From the NCBI GenBank assembly GCA_030633185.1, contig DAOVTG010000001.1, positions 1-61,868 of the forward strand: a DNA stretch of 61,868 bases. The letters are read 5' to 3'. The translations under genes were made by a program, and so were the position numbers. The notes beneath the pieces are model-generated. The model was not told the DNA's origin. It searched no databases and saw only the letters and a program-made list of their open reading frames with translations. Below, in pieces: positions 54,721-61,868 of this stretch; positions within the stretch are counted from its first letter, which is position 1; the number at the start of each line of letters is the position of its first letter. This stretch comes from Deltaproteobacteria bacterium (GTDB lineage Bacteria; Desulfobacterota; Anaeroferrophillalia; Anaeroferrophillales; Tharpellaceae).

Positions 54721-55905
54721 ATGGAACTTTTTCACAATATTCTCAAGACGGCACTTAAGTTTAAGGCTTCCGATATTCATTTAAAGGTAGGATCCCCGCC
54801 GATTGTCCGGGTTGACGGCAGCCTTTATCCTTTCAAGGATTTTCCTCGTTTAAGTGTTGGTAATCTTGAAGAGATGTCCGAGGCCATGATGGGCCCAACC
54901 CAAAAAGAGTATCTGCGTGATTTTCATGAGGTTGATCTCGGTTACGGGGTTCCCGAAATCGGGCGTTTTCGGGTTAATGTCTATCAGCAGAGGGGTTCTT
55001 TGGTAATCGCTATGCGGACCATATCTTTCGAAATTCTCGATCTGGTCACGTTGAACATGCCGTCGATTGTTGAAAAACTGATTGATGAGCAACGGCGTGG
55101 TTTGATTCTTGTGACCGGAACCACCGGCAGCGGCAAGAGCACGACCCTGGCGGCAATGATTGACTATATTAACCAGCATCGTAGTGAAAATATTATTACG
55201 ATTGAGGATCCCATAGAGTATCTGCACCGTGATAATTTAAGTCTTATCAACCAGCGTGAAGTAGGCTTTGATACAACCTCTTTTGCTTTGGCTCTGCGAG
55301 CTGCCCTGCGGCAGGATCCGGATGTTCTGCTGGTTGGTGAGATGCGCGATCTTGAAACTGTTGAGATTGCCATGACTGCCGCTGAAACCGGTCACCTGGT
55401 GCTTAGTACCCTGCATACCGTCGATGCCGTCGAGACTATTAACCGGATTATTTCGGTTTTTCCGCCTCATCAGCAAGCTCAGGTGCGCCTCCAGTTAGCC
55501 AGTATTCTGCGCGGCGTTATCTCGCAACGTCTGATTGAGCGTTGCGACGGAAAGGGCCGGGTACCGGCCATTGAGGTGTTGATCAATACACCGATGGTTC
55601 GTGAATGTATCGCCGATCCCGATAAGACCCTGGAAATAAAAGATGCAATTATGAAGGGGCATTCGATCTACGGCATGCAGTCGTTTGATCAATCGATATT
55701 AAGCCACTATCGAAATGGTTATATCTCTTATGACGAGGCCTTGAAGCAGAGTAGTAATCCTGATGATTTTCTACTCAAGATCCAAGGGGTCAGCTCCAGT
55801 TCCGATACGAGTTGGGACGCTTTTGATGGATCCGGTGAAGAGGCGGATGAAACTCCGGTTAAACCTGCTGATGACGAGATGGATATCGAAAGATTTGCCA
55901 AATGA
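54721..55905 (+). CDS. pilT: Type IV pilus retraction ATPase PilT family
   Basis: ASDIHL, GTTGSGKST Walker A, Asp box, LVGEMRD Walker B, His box TGHLVLSTLHT. Confidence 0.9.
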   Translation: MELFHNILKTALKFKASDIHLKVGSPPIVRVDGSLYPFKDFPRLSVGNLEEMSEAMMGPTQKEYLRDFHEVDLGYGVPEIGRFRVNVYQQRGSLVIAMRTISFEILDLVTLNMPSIVEKLIDEQRRGLILVTGTTGSGKSTTLAAMIDYINQHRSENIITIEDPIEYLHRDNLSLINQREVGFDTTSFALALRAALRQDPDVLLVGEMRDLETVEIAMTAAETGHLVLSTLHTVDAVETINRIISVFPPHQQAQVRLQLASILRGVISQRLIERCDGKGRVPAIEVLINTPMVRECIADPDKTLEIKDAIMKGHSIYGMQSFDQSILSHYRNGYISYDEALKQSSNPDDFLLKIQGVSSSSDTSWDAFDGSGEEADETPVKPADDEMDIERFAK

Positions 55906-56357
55906 GCCGGGCTCCGGTTTCAGCCTGGTGGAAAGCACAAGAACTTCTTGCCCGCCGGGCGCATGGTTCGCAGGAGCTCATCAATAAACTTAAAATTCGC
56001 GACTATCCGGCGGCCGAAATCGAGGACGCCGCACGGCGCCTGTTCGAGGCCGGGCTTCTTGATGACGAGGCCTTCGCTCAGAGCTTGGCTAAAGAACTCT
56101 TTTTTCGCCGGGGTTATGGCTTTTATGTCGTCAAGATGCGTCTGCGTCAAAAAGGTCTGGCCGCGGAGATATGTGAACGGGTTACCAGGCAATTTTTCGG
56201 CGAGCTTAACGATGATGAATTATTAACGGTGATGCTCAAACTTATCGAACGTCGCCGGGCTCAAGAAAAAGATAAAAATCGACTTTTTGCCTGGCTCAAA
56301 AGACGCGGTTTTCGCAGTGATGAAATCTCCCGAGCCCTGCAAAATCTTAGAATTTAA
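55902..56357 (+). CDS. recX: RecA regulator RecX
   Basis: About 150-aa helical-repeat protein (LLARRAHGSQELINKL...). ATGA overlap with the pilT stop. Confidence 0.85.
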   Translation: MSRAPVSAWWKAQELLARRAHGSQELINKLKIRDYPAAEIEDAARRLFEAGLLDDEAFAQSLAKELFFRRGYGFYVVKMRLRQKGLAAEICERVTRQFFGELNDDELLTVMLKLIERRRAQEKDKNRLFAWLKRRGFRSDEISRALQNLRI

Positions 56358-56529
56358 TCCGGCAGAGTCGGAGTTAAACAGGTTTTCCCGAAAAGACGCA
56401 AAGGCGCAAAGAGTTCAAAGGCAAACCCACTTCATGCTTTTTCTCTGCGTCTTGGCGTCTTTGCGGGATATAAAAGAACTTTTCGTGTTCTTTTGCATCT
56501 AAATATTTAACTAGGAGAGAGAGAAATTG

Positions 56530-59193
56530 ATGACCGGGAATGAGATTCGCAAGCAGTTTTTGGACTATTTTTGCGGGCAGGAACATGCCGAAGTTTCGAG
56601 TTCCAGTCTTGTACCGGCCAACGATCCAACCCTGCTCTTTACCAATGCTGGCATGAATCAGTTTAAGGATACCTTCTTAGGTCTTGAAGAGCGCGGCTAC
56701 AAGCGGGCTACCTCCTCACAGAAATGTGTACGGGCTGGCGGCAAACATAACGATCTTGAGAATGTTGGTCGTACCGCCCGTCACCATACTTTTTTTGAGA
56801 TGTTGGGTAATTTCTCCTTTGGTGACTATTTCAAGCAAGAGGCCATTGAGTATGCCTGGGATTTCCTGACCCGGGTAATGGGGCTTGATGGGGAAAAATT
56901 GTGGGCTACCGTCTTTCTTGATGATGATGAAGCCTATGATCTTTGGAAAACCGTGATCGGGGTACCGGAAGAGCGCATTGTCCGGCTTGGCGAAAAGGAT
57001 AATTTTTGGGCCATGGGCGATACCGGTCCCTGCGGGCCTTGTTCCGAAATTCTTTACGACCAAGGCGAGAGCATGAGTTGCGGCCCCGATTGTGGCATCG
57101 GTATTTGTGATTGTGACCGTTACTTAGAGATCTGGAATCTGGTTTTCATGCAGTTTAATCGGGATGCGGAAGGCACTATGAATCCGCTGCCCAAGCCCAG
57201 TATCGATACTGGTATGGGGCTTGAACGTCTGGCGGCCGTGGTTCAGGGCGTACAGAGCAATTATGATACTGATCTCCTGCGTCAGGTTATTGCGGCCGGT
57301 GAAAAAATCTCCGGTAAAGTCTACGGCGACGATAACGAAAATGATGTCTCTTTGCGGGTTTTGGCCGATCACAGCCGGGCCGCGACCTTCCTGATTGCCG
57401 ACGGTATTCTGCCAGCCAATGAGGGGCGTGGTTATGTTTTGCGCCGGATTATGCGGCGTGCCTCTCGTCACGGCAAGATGCTGGGGCTTAACGATCCTTT
57501 TCTTTATCAATTGGCCGAAGCTGTAGCCCAGGTGATGCAACAACCCTATCCTGAACTTAAAAAGTCATTACCCTTCATCACTAGAGTGATTAAAAGCGAA
57601 GAGGAGCGTTTTGGTGAAACCCTCGACCGTGGACTCAAAATTCTCGATGAAGAAATTGAGAAGTTGAAAGTTTCCGGATCCACCACCCTCTCAGGTGAAT
57701 TTACGTTTAAACTTTATGACACATTTGGTTTTCCCGTCGATTTAACCGCTGATATTATTGAAAAAGATGGTTTTGCAGTTGATCATGAGGGCTTTTCCGA
57801 ACAGATGCAAAAACAACAGGAGCTCTCCCGCAAAGCCTGGAAGGGTTCGGGTGAAGACGCGGTTGATGAGATTTACAAAAGCTTGCTCAATGAAGGACTG
57901 AAAAGTGAGTTCGTCGGCTATGAAAACTTTTCCGCCCAGGGAAAAGTTATCGCCCTGTTGCATGATGGAGGGCCGGTGTCACTGGCCGAAAAAGGTCAAG
58001 AGGTCGAAATTCTTTTCGATCGTACCCCTTTCTATGGTGAGTCCGGTGGCCAGGCCGGTGATCAGGGGCGAGGGCGGATCGAGAGAAATGGTGAAGAGAG
58101 TGCAGCCTTTGAAATTATGACAACGACAAAACCTCTTGATGGTCTGATTCTGCACCGGGCTCGAATTACCGATGGTCAATTGCGGCTTAATGATGAGTGT
58201 CAGCTTGTCGTCGCCCGAGAAGAACGCCTGGCTACAGCCCGACATCACTCGGCAACCCATCTTCTCCAGGCTAAATTGCAAGAAGTTCTCGGAGATCATG
58301 TTAAACAGGCTGGATCTCTGGTGACACCGGAACGTTTACGTTTTGACTTCAGTCATTTTTCTCCGTTAACTGAAGCCGAACTTGAAGAGATTGAACTGCT
58401 CGTCAACCGCGAAATTATGGCCAATCGCTCGGTTTACACTGAAGAGACAAGTATGGATGAAGCCATAAAAAAAGGCGCGATGGCGATCTTTGGCGAAAAA
58501 TATGGCACTAAAGTGCGGATGGTGAGCATGGGGGAGGCCAGCCTTGAACTCTGTGGCGGAACCCACGTTGAATCAACCGGTGACATCGGTTTTTGTAAAA
58601 TTATCAGCGAAACCGGAATCGCCGCCGGGGTGCGCCGCCTTGAAGCTCTGACCGGGGTTGCGGCCTGGAATTACATCAATAAGCGGGGAAAAATCATGCG
58701 GCAGGCGGCAACCTGTCTCAAAGGAATTCCCGAAGAGTTGGTCGAGCGGGTTGAACGTTTGCAGGAGCAAAACAAAGATCAGCAAAAAGAGATCAGCTCG
58801 TTGAAGGAGAAACTGGTTAGTGCCAGCGTTGGTGGGGGAGGTGTCGGTAATGCGGTTCCTATTGAAGAGATCAATGGGGTTCCGGTTTTGGTGAAACGGG
58901 TCGAGTGTGATGATCCTAAAGAGATGCGCCAAGTTATGGATGCTTACAAACAGAAAAACAGCGACGGTATTACCCTTTTAGGGGCGACTCATGCGGGCAA
59001 AGCGATTCTCATTGTTCATGTCGCTAAAGCCTGGCAGAAAAAGTATCCGGCCGGCACCCTGATTCGTGAACTTGCTGCAAAAGTCGGCGGCAAAGGCGGC
59101 GGCAAACCCGAACTCGCCCAAGCCGGCGGCCCGAAGGGCGACCAGCTTGATGCTGCTTTAGAGCATTTGAGAGCTCTGTTACAAACTTCATGA
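56530..59193 (+). CDS. alaS: Alanine--tRNA ligase
   Basis: FTNAGMNQFK, class II core, editing-domain HxxxH/CGGTH motifs, C-terminal DHHA1-like region. The ATG at 56530 follows the tracked TTG at 56527. Confidence 0.95.
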   Translation: MTGNEIRKQFLDYFCGQEHAEVSSSSLVPANDPTLLFTNAGMNQFKDTFLGLEERGYKRATSSQKCVRAGGKHNDLENVGRTARHHTFFEMLGNFSFGDYFKQEAIEYAWDFLTRVMGLDGEKLWATVFLDDDEAYDLWKTVIGVPEERIVRLGEKDNFWAMGDTGPCGPCSEILYDQGESMSCGPDCGIGICDCDRYLEIWNLVFMQFNRDAEGTMNPLPKPSIDTGMGLERLAAVVQGVQSNYDTDLLRQVIAAGEKISGKVYGDDNENDVSLRVLADHSRAATFLIADGILPANEGRGYVLRRIMRRASRHGKMLGLNDPFLYQLAEAVAQVMQQPYPELKKSLPFITRVIKSEEERFGETLDRGLKILDEEIEKLKVSGSTTLSGEFTFKLYDTFGFPVDLTADIIEKDGFAVDHEGFSEQMQKQQELSRKAWKGSGEDAVDEIYKSLLNEGLKSEFVGYENFSAQGKVIALLHDGGPVSLAEKGQEVEILFDRTPFYGESGGQAGDQGRGRIERNGEESAAFEIMTTTKPLDGLILHRARITDGQLRLNDECQLVVAREERLATARHHSATHLLQAKLQEVLGDHVKQAGSLVTPERLRFDFSHFSPLTEAELEEIELLVNREIMANRSVYTEETSMDEAIKKGAMAIFGEKYGTKVRMVSMGEASLELCGGTHVESTGDIGFCKIISETGIAAGVRRLEALTGVAAWNYINKRGKIMRQAATCLKGIPEELVERVERLQEQNKDQQKEISSLKEKLVSASVGGGGVGNAVPIEEINGVPVLVKRVECDDPKEMRQVMDAYKQKNSDGITLLGATHAGKAILIVHVAKAWQKKYPAGTLIRELAAKVGGKGGGKPELAQAGGPKGDQLDAALEHLRALLQTS

Positions 59194-60261
59194 AAAACGG
59201 GGATATGAGCCCAACACTTTCATGTAGAGGCAGATCTCTTTGGTGACTTTGAGCATGGCTGCAACTTTTTCATCCTCACGGTGACCTTCGAAATCGGCAA
59301 TAAAGAAGTAGCTCCATTTTTCGTTACGGGTTGGCCGAGACTCCAGTTTAACCATATTCACACCATATTCAGCCATTGGCGTCAAGACGTGGTGCAGGGC
59401 GCCAGGCAGATGCGGGGTGACAAAAAGAATTGAGGTTTTGTCCTGGCCTGAAGGAGGGCTGTCCTCTTTGCCGAGTACCAGAAAACGAGTTGTGTTGCCG
59501 GGTAAATCTTCAATTTTAGGGGCAATAACCTTGAGATTATAGAGATCAGCTGCGGCGGAACCGGCAATTGCGGCGGTTTGGCCGCGTTGCGTGGCGGCCC
59601 GTCTTGCAGCCTCAGCCGTGCTACCACATTCGGTCAATACGGCACCGGGCAAATGACGTCTGAGCCATTGTCGACATTGAGCAAATGCTTGGGCGTGCGA
59701 GTAGATTGTACGGATACTCTCAAATGGTATATCGCCAGCGGCCAGCAGGTCATGTGAAATCGTCTGATAGCGTTCGGCGCAGATTTTCAGCTCTGAAGTA
59801 AAAAAGAGATCCAGGGTATGGTTAACTGGACCTTCGATGGAGTTTTCCACGGGAACCATACCGTAGTGGCATTGTCCTTTTTCCACCGCCTGAAAAACCT
59901 CGGCAACGTTGGTTTGGGGTACCATTATAGAGCAGCCGCCGAAATGGCCTAAGGCGGCCAAGTGGGTAAAAGAGGCTTCAGGCCCCAAGAAGGCAATTTT
60001 ATGCTGACTCTGGAGTTCGCGGGCGGCGGCCATGATCTCTTTGAAAATCAGGTGCAAAGCGGTTTGCGTTAAAGGTCCATGATTGAGCTTTTTAAGGTGT
60101 TGTAGAACCAGGCTTTCGCGAGCGTTATTGAGCGTAGTAAGGCCCTGGCCCTGTTTTTCCCGGCCAATTTTTCGAGCCAGTTCGAGACGACGATTAATAA
60201 GCTCTAAAACATTGCTGTCCAGATTATCGATCTCTTTGCGTAAAATATCAAGTTCGGACAT
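59188..60261 (-). CDS. pheA: Bifunctional chorismate mutase / prephenate dehydratase (P-protein) with ACT domain
   Basis: N-terminal CM_2 (LRKEIDNLDSNVLELINRR), PDT core (IAFLGPEASFTH...TRF), and ACT with ESRP. Confidence 0.9.
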   Translation of the reverse strand: MSELDILRKEIDNLDSNVLELINRRLELARKIGREKQGQGLTTLNNARESLVLQHLKKLNHGPLTQTALHLIFKEIMAAARELQSQHKIAFLGPEASFTHLAALGHFGGCSIMVPQTNVAEVFQAVEKGQCHYGMVPVENSIEGPVNHTLDLFFTSELKICAERYQTISHDLLAAGDIPFESIRTIYSHAQAFAQCRQWLRRHLPGAVLTECGSTAEAARRAATQRGQTAAIAGSAAADLYNLKVIAPKIEDLPGNTTRFLVLGKEDSPPSGQDKTSILFVTPHLPGALHHVLTPMAEYGVNMVKLESRPTRNEKWSYFFIADFEGHREDEKVAAMLKVTKEICLYMKVLGSYPRFS

Positions 60262-60278
60262 TGTTTTTCTCTCCTAAA

Positions 60279-60420
60279 ACGGGATGGCTAAGTAAAAATT
60301 TCGATAGGCAAGTTGTTGTGCTTTTTCAGGTGCGAGACCATACAGTTAGTATGTCGAGTGCCTGAAAAAGCACAACAACGCAGAATATCGGAACTTTTTA
60401 CGCCGCCATCAGAGATTGAT
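60279..60420 (-). repeat. Intergenic repeat copy B (aroG 3' end to pheA RBS) with a 19-bp perfect stem
   Basis: Coding-strand GTTGTTGTGCTTTTTCAGG...CCTGAAAAAGCACAACAAC. Homologous to 9920-10058. Confidence 0.7.
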
Positions 60421-61462
60421 TTTTCATCCGTTTGTGGGCACAACGCAGCAATTTCTCGGTGGTTTCCCAGGAGATGCACTCGTCGGTTACTGAAACCCCA
60501 TAGGCCAACTCCTCGATATTTTTACTGCAAGGCTGATTGCCTTCGTAGAGATTACTCTCCAACATCATGCCGACCAGGGCCTGATTACCATCCCGGCGCT
60601 GACCGATAATGTCTTTTAAAACCCGCTCCTGACCTTGATGTTTTTTGCGCGAATTACCATGTGAACAATCGACGACAATAGTCTCTTTAAGCCCCTCGTT
60701 GGCTAATTTTTGACAAGCTTCTTCGATGCTGACGGAATCATAGTTGGGGCGTTGCCCGCCTCGTAAAACCATATGGGTCCAGGGATTTCCCGTGGTTGAA
60801 ACAATGCAGGTTTTACCGTCGGGATCGACGCCGATGAAACTTTGCGGAGCCTGGGCCGCAATCATGGCGTGGATCGCTTTACTTAAACTTCCGTCGGTGC
60901 AGTTTTTGAAGCCGACCGGCATTGAGAGTCCGCTGGCCATTTCACGATGGGTTTGAGATTCGGTGGTGCGCGCGCCGATAGCCGACCAGCAAACCAGTCC
61001 GGCCAGATATTGCGGGGTAATCGGATCGAGCATCTCGGTGGCCGTCGGCATCCCCATCCCGGTTATTTTCATAAGAATCCGTCGAGCCCGGCGCAAGCCT
61101 TCACCCATATCACAGCTGCCGTTCATGTGAGGATCGTTGAGGAGGCCTTTCCAACCGACCGTCGTCCGGGGTTTTTCAAAATAGACCCGCATTACCAGGA
61201 GCATGGTGTCAGCAACTTCAGCTTGTAGTTTTACCAGTCGTTCAGCATATTCTAAGGCTCCTTTTTCATCATGGATCGAACAGGGGCCGACGATCATCAG
61301 TAAACGCTGGTCACGATGAGCCAGAATATCTTCGATTTGACGCCGTCCTTCAATCACGGTTTTTCGGCTGGCCGGGGTCAATGGCAACTCCTTTTTGAAG
61401 GTGTTAGGGTCAATCAATGGTTCGAAACTTTTGATATTAATGTCATGGGTGCTGGTAGTCAT
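60398..61462 (-). CDS. aroG: 3-deoxy-7-phosphoheptulonate (DAHP) synthase, class I-alpha (AroG/F/H type; isozyme specificity not determinable here)
   Basis: LLMIVGPCSIHD, KPRTTVGWKGL, and VDCSHGNS motifs, about 354 aa. AGGAG RBS. Confidence 0.9.
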   Translation of the reverse strand: MTTSTHDINIKSFEPLIDPNTFKKELPLTPASRKTVIEGRRQIEDILAHRDQRLLMIVGPCSIHDEKGALEYAERLVKLQAEVADTMLLVMRVYFEKPRTTVGWKGLLNDPHMNGSCDMGEGLRRARRILMKITGMGMPTATEMLDPITPQYLAGLVCWSAIGARTTESQTHREMASGLSMPVGFKNCTDGSLSKAIHAMIAAQAPQSFIGVDPDGKTCIVSTTGNPWTHMVLRGGQRPNYDSVSIEEACQKLANEGLKETIVVDCSHGNSRKKHQGQERVLKDIIGQRRDGNQALVGMMLESNLYEGNQPCSKNIEELAYGVSVTDECISWETTEKLLRCAHKRMKNQSLMAA

Positions 61463-61483
61463 GGTTAAATCTCCTGTTTAAAT

Positions 61484-61518
61484 AAAAAAAGGGCCGTGAG
61501 GATTGTCCCCCACGGCCC
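61484..61518 (-). terminator. Attenuator/terminator hairpin 2, 21 nt upstream of the aroG ATG
   Basis: Coding strand GGGCCGUG, 12-nt loop, CACGGCCC, then U7. Confidence 0.65.
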
Positions 61519-61525
61519 TTAAAAG

Positions 61526-61558
61526 AAAAAAGCCGGGGGTTGGTTTACCCTCGGCTTT
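61526..61558 (-). terminator. Attenuator/terminator hairpin 1
   Basis: Coding strand AGCCGAGGG, 8-nt loop, CCCCCGGCU (one A/C mismatch), then U6. Confidence 0.55.
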
Positions 61559-61583
61559 ATTAATTTATATGAGTTTAGAACTC

Positions 61584-61664
61584 TTAAATGCCCCAGGCAA
61601 ACCTATCCTTATCTCTGCTAAAATAAAACCAAAAAAAGAGAAGGGCGGAAATGGGGCGGATCAT
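61584..61664 (-). CDS. Candidate aromatic-amino-acid leader peptide (26 aa)
   Basis: ATG at 61664, TAA at 61586-61584: MIRPISALLFFWFYFSRDKDRFAWGI. It has six consecutive aromatic codons, an AGGA 11 nt upstream, and is followed by the two U-tract hairpins and then aroG. Confidence 0.55.
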   Translation of the reverse strand: MIRPISALLFFWFYFSRDKDRFAWGI

Positions 61665-61868
61665 TTAAATCTAATTCCTGATTGATTTATAGTTGGTTGG
61701 CGAGCCTTCACACTATTTGTGTTCGTTAATGGTGGCCTACTAAATCAATTTATTGCTTATGTCAAGCTATATTATCAGGAGAGGCTATAAGCAAAAGCTG
61801 GTTTTTCATTCCTGTTTGTGATATTTCTTAGCAGATTCCAATTCAAAATTTGAAAACTCTATTTCATC

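Noticed and set aside
56287-56502. 71-aa ORF spanning the recX end and the recX-alaS spacer
   Set aside because: It overlaps recX in another frame, runs through the long hairpin and has no family resemblance.
56358-56529. T-box or other riboswitch upstream of alaS
   Set aside because: No T-box consensus (AGGGTGGTACCGCG-like) or specifier-loop arrangement is visible. Only generic hairpins are present.

Overview
This 61.9-kb window looks bacterial and is most consistent with a Desulfuromonadales-type deltaproteobacterium. That guess rests only on gene content and the pgpA-recA-pilT-recX-alaS order, and was not checked against any database. Coding density is high and the window is dominated by signal transduction.

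Layout:
- 1-9.9 kb: housekeeping and accessory genes (HTH/PBP-like regulator, trkH-trkA, a stand-alone EF-G paralogue, a P-loop ATPase, a CBS protein, BI-1/YccA, queC, a secreted VWA protein).
- 10-24.4 kb: plus-strand genes for hybrid histidine kinases, a REC-HD-GYP protein, a Cache sensor with a C-terminal Cys4 module, a c-type-heme (DUF3365) kinase and a PAS-PAS-REC-Hpt relay protein.
- 24.4-27 kb: two AAA+/DUF4143 ATPase genes that appear to have been inserted into a hemerythrin gene.
- 27.1-49.4 kb: one minus-strand run of 20 chemosensory genes. It opens with parA-like, TPR and Hsp70-like genes, followed by a soluble MCP with two signalling domains and a triple-CheW protein with an embedded CZB zinc domain. 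It also holds cheB, cheR, cheY, HEAT-repeat proteins and three CheA paralogues. Two of the CheAs carry tandem MshEN-like (c-di-GMP-receptor-like) repeats.
- 49.7-61.5 kb: hemerythrin plus a hybrid kinase, a REC-REC-GGDEF protein, pgpA-recA-pilT-recX, alaS, and pheA-aroG on the minus strand.

No rRNA, tRNA, CRISPR array, transposase or integrase was recognised.

The signals I consider most worth follow-up:
1. The atypical cytoplasmic-type chemosensory supercluster (ParA/TPR/Hsp70 head, tandem-MA receptor, CZB-in-CheW scaffold, MshEN-like repeats in CheA).
2. An ORF of 26 codons, below the track's length cutoff, containing FFWFYF and followed by two U-tract hairpins directly upstream of aroG-pheA. 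This is a candidate aromatic amino acid attenuator.
3. The ATPase/nuclease-like two-gene insertion that truncated a hemerythrin gene.
4. Several structured intergenic repeats.

All domain calls come from motif recognition by eye. Nothing was searched or folded computationally.
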